From Octopus vulgaris (Eukaryota), in NCBI GenBank assembly GCA_951406725.2, contig OX597833.1:3162001-3226000 (forward strand): a DNA stretch of 64,000 nt, read 5' to 3'. This document shows positions 39,191-51,895 of the stretch, one piece after another; position 1 is the first letter of the stretch, and each line of letters starts with the position of its first letter. The translations under genes and the position numbers were made by a program. The notes beneath the pieces were generated by a model. It was not told the DNA's origin. It worked only from the letters and a program-made list of their open reading frames with translations, and made no database searches.

Positions 39191-39854
39191 AACACATTAT
39201 ATGTGTTGCAGTGAACAAGTTAAAGCTGTATGACTAAGACTAAAAGCAGACGGATACCAGGAATATAAGGATATAGTTCTCTCCACTCTCGTGATACAAT
39301 AACAGGCAAAGGAAGGAGAGAGGGAGGGAGGGAATGTCGTGAATAGTTATTGAGATGTGTGATATCATAGCAGCAGTGACTAAGCTCTGTAATTTATCAA
39401 ATGGTATCAGATTACATATAGCGCAGCATTAATAATTCTATGCTGCAAATGCTAGATAACGCCACCCTTGCGTATGACAAGATATTTAAGCCGAAACAAG
39501 AGCGGAGCTTACAGAGATTGTAGTAGTGATATCACACAATATCAGATTGCTACCAATAACCAACCGTCTGCAGTAGTAGTTGGAGTAGTAGTAGTAGTAG
39601 TAGTGTGTGTTGTAGTATCAGAATGTATATTAGCAAGATATCTGTCTGTGTGTGTATGTGTGTGTGTTGTATAACAAAAGCTGGATTGTTGAATGCTATA
39701 CAAATACGAATGTAACAAGATTTGTCTGTCGTATCAAATTGATAAAATGATATCTTGGAAGTATTGCTTATAGGCACAGTTATCAAGCCACAGCAACAGT
39801 TAATATAATTGATAATCTAGAAATGATGATGCTACACAATATCATGTGATATCT

Positions 39855-40203
39855 TTCACTCGTTTCGGTCATTGGATGGCGGTCATACTGGAGCACTATC
39901 TTGGCAGGCTTTTTAGTTGAATGAATCAACCCCAGCAATAATTTTTTTTTTTTTTTAAAGCTTGGCGCTTATTCTATCAGTCTCTTTTGCTGAACCGCCA
40001 AGTTATGGGGACATACACAAACCAACACTGACCAGTTCCCAAGCAGTGGTGGACAACAAACACAAACAGGCTTCGTTCAGTTTCCGTCTACCATATTCAT
40101 TCACAAGAATTTGGTCAGCCCAAAACTATTGTAGAAGACACTTGCCCAAGGTGCTATGCAGTGGGATTGAACCCAGAACTATGTGGTTGGGAAACAAGCT
40201 TCT
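39855..40203 (-). mobile_element. SINE family A, older copy
   Basis: Diverged tail, core and partial head. Confidence 0.75.
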
Positions 40204-40204
40204 T

Positions 40205-40400
40205 ATTTCTTTATTGCCCACATGGGGCTAAACATAGAGGGGACAAACAAGGACAGACACAGGGATTAAGTCAATCACATCGACCCCAGTGCGTAACTGG
40301 TACTTAATTTATCGACCCCGAAAGGATGAAAGGCAAAGACGACCTCGGCGGAATTTGAACTCAGAACGTAGTGGCAGATGAAATACGGCTACGCATTTCA
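40205..40400 (-). mobile_element. SINE family B inserted in the head of a family A copy
   Basis: Interrupts family A between AAACAAGCTTCT and CCACACAGCTACACCTG. Confidence 0.8.
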
Positions 40401-40423
40401 CCCCACACAGCTACACCTGAGTC

Positions 40424-40471
<48 letters not shown>

Positions 40472-40939
40472 CGCACACATAGTTATGTATTTATACACAC
40501 ACACACGTATCATGTAGTCATATGAGAGTGTGGCAAGTGTTAGCAAAAAGGATATGATATCATATGGTCATCATTAATTAATGTCCAGGTTCCATGCCTG
40601 CATGGGTTAGATTAATCTAATATAAAAATGAAGTTCTTGTTTCCTATTTAAGTACAAGACCATCAATTTCAAAAACAAGAGGAGTGGAGAGGAAGCAGTG
40701 AGCCAATTATACTGATTCCAGTACTTTGTCTGCCTAGAAAGAATAAAAGGCAAAGGATTTGAACTCAGAATGTAAAATGCTCCAACGCCTGTTGGGATTT
40801 GAACCCTTAATATAAAGAGTGCTAACTAAATGCCACAAGGTACTTTATCTGATACTCCATCAATTCTGCTAGTATACCATCAGTAATATATCGCTTTTAC
40901 ATATATTAAAAATATACGGAAACAACAGATATTTACCTT

Positions 40940-41277
40940 TTGTTTGTTTTAGTCATTAGACTGAGGCCATGCTGGGGCACCACCTCAAAGAATTTTAACC
41001 TAGGACTTTTTTTTTTAAAGCCTGGTACTTATTCTATCAGCCACTTTTGCCACACTGCTAAGTTACAGGGACATAAACACACCAACACCAAATGCCAAAA
41101 TGGGGGACAAACACAGACAGGCTTCTTTCAGTTTCCATCTACCAATTCCACTTACAAGGCTTTGGTCAACCAGAGGCTATAGTAGAAGACACTTGCTCAA
41201 GGTGTCATGCAGTGGGACTGAACCTGGAACCAAGTGGTCGGGAAGCAAGTTTCTTACCACACAGCCACTTCTGTGCC
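40940..41277 (-). mobile_element. SINE family A, older copy
   Basis: Diverged reverse complement of the consensus. Confidence 0.75.
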
Positions 41278-41602
41278 TTGGATATCATTGGATAAAAACT
41301 GAGTTAGTGTATAGGTAAAGAAGTAGGTTTGTGGAGGGGGTTTTTCACGATAATATTCTGTGTAGATAATGTTTATATATGTAGGTTATTTTTTTTAATA
41401 AATAAGATATATGAAAAGATGTGAACAACAACAAAAAAAATTCTTTAATATTTTTTACGAAAGGTAAAGGATTTGAACTCGCGACTTCTCAATCTCTTCT
41501 TTTTCTAAATACACATTCATGCTACTAATTCTTTGACTACTGTACTACCATCGCTTACAAAAGAACACTATGCGCACAAAAACATATATATATACATATA
41601 TG

Positions 41603-41642
<40 letters not shown>

Positions 41643-42159
41643 CGCACACAAACACATATATACATGTATGCATACACACACACATACATACACATGCATA
41701 CACAAACACATTTATGAAAGGAAATCAATTGAGAAAGACAGGGAAAACTGCAATTACCAAACCACTTTCACAAGTGGTTTGGTAAGAATAAATTAAAGGA
41801 GAGAGAGAGAGAGAGAATAAATTAGAGAGCGAGGTTGTAATACATAGATGTAAAGATATGAAAAGCAAGTAAACGAAGGCAGAGAAAATACTAACGAGTT
41901 GAGGAGATTGCAGAGAAAACTGAAGAGTAAAATGCATGAAAATAGGGTCATTTAAGAAAACAACCGTAAAATATCATCTAGATTATAGTGTATAATATAC
42001 GTGTGTGTATGTGTGAATGACATATGGGGACACGTTTTTCCTAGTGGAACATTTGAAGACTTTCTGTAGTTGCATGTGGATAAACTAAGGAACAATTCCT
42101 TCATTTCCTCTGACTAACATCATCATTACTATTGTTGTTGTTGTTACCATTATATATAT

Positions 42160-42386
42160 CTTTTACTTGTTTCAGTAACTTGACTGTGGCCATGCTGGAG
42201 CACCACCTTGAAGAGTTTTCTTGGCTGAACAAACTGACTCTAGGACCTATTTTTTTTTAAAGCCTAGGACTTATTCTATCAGTTTCTTTTTGCCGAACTA
42301 CTAAGTTACAGGCACATAAACACACAAACATCAGTTGTCAGGCAATGGTGGAGGACAAACACAGACACAAAGACACAGACACACAA

Positions 42387-42428
<42 letters not shown>

Positions 42429-42580
42429 GATGTGCTTCTTTTAGTTTCTGTCTACCAAATCCACTCACAAAGCTTCGGTCAACCTCAAGGCTACAGCAGA
42501 AGACACCTACCCAAGGTACCACGCAGTGGGACTGAACCCTGTTCCATGTGGTTGGAAAGCAAGCTTCTTATCACACGGCC
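42160..42580 (-). mobile_element. SINE family A
   Basis: Tail, internal TA tract, core and head. Confidence 0.78.
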
Positions 42581-42887
42581 ACGTGTTTCAGTCATTTGTG
42601 GTCATACAAAATGACAGCCCTGAAAGGTTAAAGGCTTAATCGAACAAACTGATTACTGGCAGTGATTTCATCAGTTTCTCTTTGTGGAAGTTATGGGGAC
42701 ATAAACAAACCAACAAAGGTTGTGAAGCAGTTGGGGAAGGAGGCAAAAATGTTGCATACACACATAACTAGCTCCTATACAGTTTCCACTTACAAAATTC
42801 ACTCAAAGAATTAGACAGCCCTGCAGCTATTGTAGAAGACACTTGCCTATGATGCTCCAAAGCAGGATTGAATATGTATTTAAAATA

Positions 42888-43257
42888 TTCTTTTCTACTC
42901 AAGGCACAAGGCCCAAAATTTTTGGGGAAGGGGCCAGTTGATTAGATCGACCCCAGTACGCAACTGCTACTTAATTTATCAACCCCAAAAGGATGAAAGG
43001 CTAAGTTGACTTCGCCGGAATTTGAAACTCAGAACATAAAGACAGATGAAATACCTATTTCTTTACTACCCACGAGGGGCTAAACACAGAGGGGACAAAC
43101 AAGGACAGACAAACGGATCAAGTTTAACTGGTACATAATTTATCGACCCTGAAAGGATGAAAGGCAAAGTCGACCCCGGTAGTATTTGAACTCAGAACGT
43201 AACAGCAGACGAAATACGGCTACGCATTTCGCCCGGCGTGCTAACGGTTCAGCCACC
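42888..43257 (-). mobile_element. Dimeric SINE family B
   Basis: Same dimer junction at about 43050. Confidence 0.83.
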
Positions 43258-43355
43258 TCAAAATATCGTGCACCAATCAGTGCATACATGGTCAACATTG
43301 ACCAATGGAGGCTCTACAAAATGTGTGTGTGTGTATATATATTGATAAATGTGTC

Positions 43356-43434
43356 TTCTGTGTGTATAACTCTCTAAAGATGCTTTATAGTTATTTCCCT
43401 TACAAACCTGAGCAACGCCGGGCGATACTGCTAG
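43356..43434 (+). mobile_element. Short Helitron 3'-end fragment
   Basis: ACAAACCTGAGCAACGCCGGGCGATACTGCTAG; flanked by an 18-bp direct repeat. Confidence 0.7.
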
Positions 43435-43504
43435 TATATTGATAAATGTGTCCTTAGTTGACACACCACCATCTTTAGTCCTACAATGCTTGTGTGTATA
43501 TATA

Positions 43505-43657
43505 TCATCATCATCGTTTAACGTCCGCTTTCCATGTTAACATGGGTTGGACGGTTCAACTGGGGTCTGGCAAGCCCGAAGGCTGCACCAGGCCAGTCAG
43601 ATCTGGCAGTGTTTCTACAGCTGGATGCCCTTCCTAACGCCAACCACTCCGAGAGTG

Positions 43658-43658
<1 letters not shown>
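43505..43658 (-). mobile_element. Family C 3' fragment
   Basis: Reverse complement of the family C module, between TA tracts. Confidence 0.85.
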
Positions 43659-43702
<44 letters not shown>

Positions 43703-44033
43703 TACAATGCGTAATATAGTCAGGTGCTTCAGAAGTTTGCATTACAATCATAATGTTCTGAGTCCATGCAATCTGGGTAAATGTGGTTTTTCTATTGAGT
43801 CAGTTCACACTTTATGACTGTAACAGAGTGACATGGAAACTATAAAAGCTTGTACCAGCAATTTGAAAGGTGTAACCTTGTCACACTTGGCCTGAGAATA
43901 ATAACATTGGAGGTAAACCTGTTTGTGGTATAATCAACCACTTATGCAAGGGCAGGTAATTCAGTTGATCAAACAACTGAATTTTCATTCTTGAACAAAG
44001 GAGATCCACCAAAACTACCATACATACATACAT

Positions 44034-44077
<44 letters not shown>

Positions 44078-44080
<3 letters not shown>

Positions 44081-44270
44081 CATGGTCGCCATGATAGATC
44101 ATTAGCCACTACACACATTTTTTTTTTCTCTCCTTGTTTTTTCTGAGTCCCTTTCTGTAGAAGAGCATAGGCTCGAAACGTAAAAGATTTTTTCTATTCC
44201 TGAGCGTTATACTAATACATCTGTTTGTTTTGTACACCACCTGTCTTTGTCTTTTTCATAAACTCTCCCT
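44078..44270 (+). mobile_element. Penelope-like pLTR-type fragment inserted in (TA)n
   Basis: Nearly identical to 58935-59075 over about 130 bp; carries a minimal hammerhead; flanked by TA repeats on both sides. Confidence 0.6.
44151..44186 (+). ncRNA. Minimal type I hammerhead motif of the Penelope-like-element kind (core variant CUGUAGA)
   Basis: CTTT-CTGTAGA-A-GAGC-ATAG-GCTC-GAAA-CG-TA-AAAG. Stem I CTTT/AAAG, stem II GAGC/GCTC, palindromic ACGT in place of stem III. Confidence 0.7.
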
Positions 44271-45374
44271 ATATATATATATAAGCATATGTGGACGTCT
44301 GTCTATACACACACAAACAGTAGAAAAGGCAGAATCAAGAGCAATGACAGAAGCTTGGAGTGAGAGGAAGAGTGAGAGAAGAAAACTACTTATATTTCTC
44401 ATCATGATCATAAACATCTCCCCACCACCTACATATTTTGCCCAAACAAAGGAATGGAATAACAATTAGAGTAGGGTGGGCGTTGTATCATTCATAAAAT
44501 CTGTGTATTATACCAACTGATTATTCAAGCAATTAGCAGACAAAAATCTCTAAAAGTTTCAAAATCTAAAAGCTGAAACTAAGGGAAATAACTCCAATAA
44601 AATCAGATAAATGAAAATCATTCAATGTAGACAAAGCATGTTAGAGAGGATACATATATCCTCTCCACCAACTGATCCTTAAAGGCAACATCCATTCTAA
44701 TCTGTATCCCCCATTATATTCATCATTGTTTTAACATCTATATTCCTTGTGCTTGCATGGATCAGCCAGAATTCATTGAAGCATGGTTTCTTTTTACAGC
44801 TGGATGCACCTGTTGCTAGCAACTCTCATTCGTTTCCAAGCAAGATAAAATTTCCTCTTAGTCTAGACAGAAGATTGCAAATAAGTATTTAAATGACGGT
44901 GATATTTGTCCATAATTAGTATCTGATAATCATCAGCATTCTTGCAATGTTCACTTTTCCATTTTTGCAGGGGCCGGAAGGAGTTTATTGGGGCAGATTT
45001 TCTATGGCTGGATGCCCTTACTGTCCCCTAACCTCACTTGTTCTTAAGCAAGGTAGTATTTCCTCATGGCTGGACATGCTTTTCACAAACATACATACCC
45101 CAAGCAGACACATACATACACACATTATAAAACAAACACACACACGCAGTGGGCTTCTTTCACTTTCCATCTACCATGTCCACTCTCAATGCCTTGGTCA
45201 GCCCAAGTTACCAGCGGAACTGAACCTGGAACCATGTGGTTGGGAGGTAAACTTCTTAACCACACAACAGTGTGTGTGTGTGTGTACAGGGTATATAAAT
45301 GAAAAGTGTGAAAGATAAGCTGTTCTTCTATTGACCAGAGTGAAAAACAGCTCTCTCTCTTTCACACACACACA

Positions 45375-45610
45375 TCATCATCATCATTTAACGTCTGCTT
45401 TCCATGCTAGCATGGGTTGGACGCTTTGACTGAGTTCTGGCGGCCAGTGCCGCTGGACTGGCTCCTGTGCAGGTGGCACATAAAAAGCACCATTTGGGCG
45501 TGGCTGTTGCCAGTACCACCAAACTGGCCCTCATACCGGTGGCACGTAAAAGCACCCACTACACTCTCTGAGTGGTTGGCGTTAGGAAGGGCATCCAGCT
45601 GTAGAAACAC
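45375..45610. mobile_element. Family C copy with internal inversion
   Basis: Tail in minus orientation (45375-45440) fused to the upstream part in plus orientation (45445-45610). Confidence 0.75.
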
Positions 45611-45962
45611 ACACAAGTATGTGTACATATACACACACGTGTATGTGTATGCATAAAATTATCTAGCAAGGCAGATATATATAGATATAATCAACACATT
45701 TGATGGTCTCAACTGTGAAGAACTAGCAATGAAGCTATGTTCATATAAGTACAATATAAATTAATTCCATTTCACATAATTTTCGTTTGTTTTGACCCAC
45801 AAACTTTACCCAATCAATCAACACATACACACATATATACACACACAGATAACATACAATACATATACACACACAGAGTGTAAGAGTCAAGTGGCGGAGA
45901 CAGTGAGTGCAGAAATCTGCTTACTCACCAAGAGAGGATAGCAAACTCAGCGAACATTTTAA

Positions 45963-46438
45963 CCCCTTTGTTACTAAACCGGCTGAAACCGGCTCTGGCT
46001 CTGTAGTACAAATGTCTCATTTGCATAGGTTTTGAATTCAAATCTTCCACCAAACCTTTGTTACAATTTATGTTCATGACACCAGCTTAATTATAATTAA
46101 CTTACTTTACTAAATTCTTTGTTATATTTAAAACTAATTGAAAGAAACACAGAGCATCTCAACAGAAATACGGTAACAAATGGGTTAAAATATATAATAG
46201 AGAAACGATTTTTAACCATTTTGATACCAACCCGGCTGAAACCGGCTCTGGCTCTGTAGTACAAATGTCTATTTGCATAAGTTTTAAATAAAAATCTTCC
46301 ACCAGACCTTAGTCTCAATTTATGTTCCTAACACCAGCTTAATGAAATAATTAAGTTATTTTACTAAATTCTTTGTAATATTTAAGATTAATTGAAGGAA
46401 ACTCAGAGCATCTCAACGGAAATATGGCAATGAAAGGG
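45963..46438. mobile_element. Two tandem copies of TTAA MITE family 1 (45963-46184, 46216-46438)
   Basis: Each is bounded by TTAA and CC..GGG ends; reverse complement of 49596-49816. Confidence 0.8.
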
Positions 46439-46494
46439 TTAAGAGACCTCTGTGAAGATTTATACAATTGTTGCTTGCTGTGTGTGTGTGTGTA

Positions 46495-46527
<33 letters not shown>

Positions 46528-47902
46528 ATGTGTGTGTGTGTATGTGTGTGTGTGTGTATGTGTGTGTGTGTGAGGGAGTGTTGCTATGGCAATGGCTAAG
46601 AGCAAATAAATGTAATATAGACACAGAGTGAGAAGAGGGACATAGAGAGAGAGAAGAGAAGAAAGCAAAGAGATGCAAAGGAGGAGAGAGAGAGAGAAAG
46701 AGAGAAAGAAAGAGAGAGAGAAAGAAAGAGAGAGAGAGAGAGAAAGAAAGGGAGAAAGAAAAAGAGAGAAGGAGAGCAATTTACATAGATGCAATTTATG
46801 TTAATTATTCCACATCGATTTGTGAGGCAAGGAAGAAGAGAAATGTTCACACCATATTGGTTGGTGGTTTGTGCTGAGAGACTTGTCAAACAACTCCTAG
46901 ACTATCTACTGTCCATTTTTCATCTAGATAGTCTTGTTCACTTGTCTATCTAGATAAAAATCGACACTCATGTGTGTATATGCATAGCTATATATATCAA
47001 ACATAAGTACATACATATAGTATACATATATGTATATATGTACATATAAACATATACATACTCAAACACATATAGATACATATATATATGTATGTATGTA
47101 TGTATATATACACATATATATGTATATATATACACATATATATATGTATATATGCATATATACACATATATATATGCATATATATACACATATATATATG
47201 TATATATGCATATATATACACATATATATATGTATATATGCATATATACACATATATATATATGCATATATACACATATATATATGCATATATATATTAT
47301 ATATATATATATTACATACAACACACATCATTGACACCACCATAGCCATGTGGTTAAATTCACTTAACAATCGCCTGGTTCTGTGTTCAATTCACCATGG
47401 CAGCACCACAAACAAGTGTCTTTTATTTTCTTGTAGCCTCCTGCTGACCAATGCTTTGTGAAAGGAATTTAGCTGGTTTTGTTTTAACCCCAGGTCAGCC
47501 CTGACTGAACAGGCCTAGGATCAAAAAGGACATTCCGGCTGTGAACATGGCATATCGTTTTTCCATACACATGGTTTCCAACATGTCCTAGTATGAGACG
47601 GTTATAGTATGATGTGAGGGAAACTTGACTGCCATTTCCAGGATGTCAGTCGATCACATAAGTTCCCTTGCAGACAAAAACCATGCAGCAACCAGTAGTG
47701 TGTGCATGCACACGCGCAGATAGACTGAAACGAGTATCAATGTTCCCACATGGGAGGCTTGAAAATTGTGAAGAGATTTCTACTTAACTGATAGCTTTGT
47801 TAACCCAATAAAAAGAAAGATTAAAAAATATTTATTCACCAAAGTCATGTTGGGCAATTATTTTCACTGTTTGATATTACCATGTATGTGTGTGTGTATA
47901 TA

Positions 47903-48194
47903 TGTGGAGGTACAATGGCCCAGTGGTTAGGGCAGCGGGCTCGCGGTCGCAGGATCATGGTTTTGATTCCCAGACCGGGCGTTGTGAGTGTTTATTGAGC
48001 AAACACACCTAAAGCTCCACGAGGCTCCAGCAGTGGGTGTTGGCAATCCCTGCTGTACTCTTTCACCACAACTTTCTCCCACTCTTTCTTCTGCTCGCTT
48101 AGCCAGCGAGGTGGCGTCATTCGAAGGCTAAAACAATGCGAAACACATTGTGACCAGCGATGTGTAGCAACATCTGATAGCCTGGCCTGTCACG

Positions 48195-48198
<4 letters not shown>
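47903..48198 (+). mobile_element. Third tRNA-derived SINE family (Arg-like head)
   Basis: A box TGGCCCAGTGG, anticodon-like loop CTCGCG, degenerate B box GGTTTTGATTCCC. The 3' part recurs at about 15815-15905. Confidence 0.75.
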
Positions 48199-48242
<44 letters not shown>

Positions 48243-49595
48243 GAGAGAGAGAGAGAGAGAGTATCTTGTGTGTACAGTTAGACATATTGTCACTGGTGGG
48301 TTTAGAGCTTCAAGTAGATTATCCTTATCCGGTTCACTTCCTGTGGTCACTACTGTACTCATTAGTGTTATGGGTCATGATGCACAAAGCAAACGTAGGA
48401 AAAAAGTATGATAACATCACGAGATACAGTTTTTTTCATTTGTTCCCTACATCTGTTTCACTCTTGTTAACTGCATCTGCTGCAGTGGGTGCTCCAAATG
48501 CAAGTGAATACTGACCCCAACAACAGTTCTTTAAGGGAACACTTTATTGCAATATGCTTAGATAGATGAAATGCAGGGGATCTTTTTCTCCTTGTATTTT
48601 TACCACATATCTAAACCAATTTGCTTTTCAAGACTCTTTTACCCTTGTGGAAAAGTTTCAGCACCGAAACACAGATACAGCTGTTAAGACTATATTCACA
48701 GAACAGTTTTATTCCTTCTTCTCTTCTGTGTAAGGAGTTAGCTTTTTTTTTTTTTTAACATTAGTCTTAGCTTTGAGTTTTGTCCCACTACACAACACCT
48801 TGGGCAAGAGTTTTCAACAATAGTCCTGGGCCAACCAAACTTTGTGAAGGCATTTGGTAGTTGAGAACCAAAATAAGCTTGTCTTTTGTGTATGTGTTTG
48901 TTTACATTCATGCTTCTTGGAAAAATCATTCAGCTATGTGCAGTGATATTGCTGTTATTTTAAAAATTTTTCTGTAGATAAACTGTCTGTTGGTTTAGTG
49001 TATTTGAAAATGTGTGGTATAAGAGATCCCTTATTTGAAACAGGAAAGGGTTAGTGACGGGAAGAGCATTCACTTGTAAAACAATGCCTCAATAATATAT
49101 TCACCTAACTCATGGCGACATGGAAAAACAGATGTAAAAACAAATGAGTAATTTCAGACAAATCCTTTGAACTGTATGTGCACGCATGCATGCGTGCACA
49201 CATACACATGCATATATTATTGATGTATATGTGTGTGTGTGTGCCTTCATGCTTAAGTTTACCACTACAAACAGAGTAGTTGCACCTAAGATCAAAACCA
49301 TAACTTAGCGATAGGATGAGCAGAGATCGATAAAGACAGTATCAGACTGAAATGAGTAAAGGGGCCACTTTGATTGACCTTCAATTCAAGGCAGTACTCC
49401 AGCATGACCACAGCACAATTACTACAAAGTGATAAAAGAACTAAAAAAAAAAAACACAGATAGTTGTGTTTTTGTTTCCTTTAATATGTAAAAAAAAAGG
49501 GGAGAGGTGTATTGCAAATAGGTCCTTAACCCTTGATGTCATACTTCTACTGATGCACTCCGCCTTTGTTTTAGCGAAATACTCGTTACTATTAA

Positions 49596-49816
49596 CCCTT
49601 TCGTTACTGTATATATTTTGAGATGCTCTGTGTTTCTTTCAATTATTTTAAATATAACAAAGAGTTTAGTAAAATAACTTCGTTATCACTAAGCTAGTGT
49701 TAGGAACATAAATTGTGACTAAGGTTTGGTGGAAGATTTTAATTCAGAACTTTGGAAAACAAGACATTTGTACTACAGAGCCAGAGCCGGTTTCAGCCGG
49801 GTTGGTAACAAAAGGG
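49596..49816. mobile_element. TTAA-site MITE family 1 (piggyBac-like ends)
   Basis: TTAA|CCCTTTCGTTAC ... GTAACAAAAGGG|TTAA. Confidence 0.8.
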
Positions 49817-50229
49817 TTAAGCTGGTGTTTGGAACAGAAATAAACATGAAATTTTGATATAAACTTTAAATTTGCATCACTTTCAAATAGGAAAGTCTGT
49901 GTCCTGAATGAGAAATTGGTCACAAGCAGGTTGATATCAAAAGAGTTTAGCGCCAATGTTTAGTTAGCTCAATTATTTAAAGCTTGAACCTAGATGAGAC
50001 AAAAATCTGATTGTGCTGGCTAAAACACCAGTCCATCATTCCAAGTTGATGTGATATCAAATTCCATGGTTATCTTGGAAAACAGAATTCATGTACAATA
50101 TTGTTGCACTCCAGAGACAGTGTCATAAGAAATCTCCTGGGATAGAACTCCAGTCTATATCAAAGTTAACATTCCCTGATTATCTGGTTATCTGTTCACA
50201 TGACAAACTTTGGCGAATTCTGGTTTTAA

Positions 50230-50448
50230 CCCTTTAGTATTTAAACCGGCCATATCCGGCCAAAATATTTAATCTGTTTTATGTTCAGACTGACCAGATC
50301 CAGGCTCTCACACCTACCCTACAATGTTAATCTACATTAAGTAATTACACCATCAAGATCTTGAAGATATGAGATAATGCATGATTAATTCAAATCAATG
50401 GGAATCAATAGGCATTATGTTTGATGGAATAATCTGTACGCTAAAGGG
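50230..50448. mobile_element. TTAA-site MITE family 2
   Basis: TTAA|CCCTTTAG ... CTAAAGGG|TTAA. Copies at 29523-29742 and, inverted, at 10258-10479. Confidence 0.8.
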
Positions 50449-51184
50449 TTAATGTAGAATATCGTGCTCTGTCCCTAGGGGCAGGAAATACCGCCAGCAG
50501 ACTTGAAGCAAAGGCCTATGCCTTTGAGCAGGTAGGTGACACAATATTCTACCCAGTAATCTTACCTCACCTCTATTTTGTGTTATGAAAAGGAAAAAAA
50601 AATATTTAAAAGAAACACTTAGAAGGAAAAATATGTAGTGTGTGTGTGTGTGTGTGTGTAAAGAGAGAGTGATGTTCGTGAGCATGTTGAAAGGGGGGAG
50701 ATGAGACAGGTGTGAGGTAGAGAGGTATGTTGAAGAGGGAGAAAAAATGAGAGACGAGTGATGGGGAGAGAGAGAGAGAGAGAGATAAGTAGATAGCGGA
50801 ATAGATAAAAACACAGTGGAGGAGGGAGGCTGTGATGACGAGAGGTATCAAGTTGCTTGAAAGAAGTGGTAAGACTTGATTAAGAGATTAAGCCAGGTTT
50901 ATTTACGTAATTAAAACAGCTGCTTCAAGAACAATAGTGAGAACAACAATTATTTACATACACAACATACATCATGCTACACACACACACACACACACAC
51001 ACATACATGGAAACTATTACTGAGGACGATTTGTTCCCCCGCTTCCCCCCACATCAACTTTTATGGGTGGTCAAACAGGTGGGTACAGAATCGTGTTTAG
51101 CTGTCGGCAACATGAAGGAGGATGGAACAGGGTACATGTGGGTGTATACATACATGTGAGTATACATATATGTGTGTGTATAGA

Positions 51185-51650
51185 TGTGCGCATATATATA
51201 TCGTCTATCTTTTACTTATTTCAGTCATTAGACTGCGGCCATTCTGGGGGACTGCCTGGAGGAATTAAATGTGACCTCGTGTGTACCGTTGGCGATTTTT
51301 TTTCCCTCTGTCTTCCCTTCTCTGGATCTTTCCTTCTCCTCTGTTTCCGGCGAAGAGCTCCGCTCGAAACGTTAAACCCTCCTTCTTTCCTGAGCATCCA
51401 ATAATACTATATTTGTTCCACGTCCTCGCGTTGTGTTGTGTTTTTTTGTGCTTTCTTGTTTGGATTAACTATATATATATAGTTAAGGAGAAGGAAAGAT
51501 CCAGAGAAGGGAAGACAGAGGGAAAAAAAAATCGCCAACGGTACACACGAGGTCACATTTAATTCCTCCAGGCAGTCCCCCAGAATGGCCGCAGTCTAAT
51601 GACTGAAATAAGTAAAAGATAGACGATATATATATATATATATGCGCACA
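51185..51650. repeat. Near-perfect inverted repeat (arms about 155-165 bp) enclosing a hammerhead-bearing segment
   Basis: 51185-51340 is the reverse complement of 51486-51650 apart from homopolymer and TA length. Perfect inner palindrome TTAACT(AT)5AGTTAA at 51465-51486. Confidence 0.9.
51343..51377 (+). ncRNA. Minimal type I hammerhead-like motif (divergent core CCGGCGA)
   Basis: GTTT-CCGGCGA-A-GAGC-TCC-GCTC-GAAA-CG-TT-AAAC. Stem I covaries with the 44.1/58.9 kb copies (GTTT/AAAC vs CTTT/AAAG). Confidence 0.6.
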
Positions 51651-51806
51651 CTACACTCACGGAGTGGTTGGCGTTAGGAAGGGCATCCAGCTGTAGAAAC
51701 ATTGCCAGATTAGACTGGAGCCTGGTGCAGCCTTCTGGCTTCCCAGAACCCCGGTCGAACCGTCCAACCCATGCTAGCATGGAGAACGGACGTTAAACGA
51801 CGATGA
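51649..51806 (+). mobile_element. Family C 3' fragment
   Basis: CACTACACTCACGGAGTGGTTGGCGTTAGGAAGGGCATCC...GGACGTTAAACGACGATGAT. Confidence 0.85.
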
Positions 51807-51863
51807 TATGATAGTTGATGCTTTATTGATTTAAGTATGTTTCTCCATTCTCTAATTTTGTAG

Positions 51864-51895
<32 letters not shown>

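Noticed and set aside
38457-39237. Long ORFs of 200-250 aa in several frames (YIYI/VCVC/HTHT), and similar ORFs across the window
   Set aside because: They are translations of stop-free dinucleotide microsatellites, not genes.
39356-39538. 12-bp inverted repeat TGTGTGATATCA/TGATATCACACA around a unique segment with a small hairpin
   Set aside because: Too short, no TSD, and no second copy in the window, so a MITE or miRNA cannot be supported.
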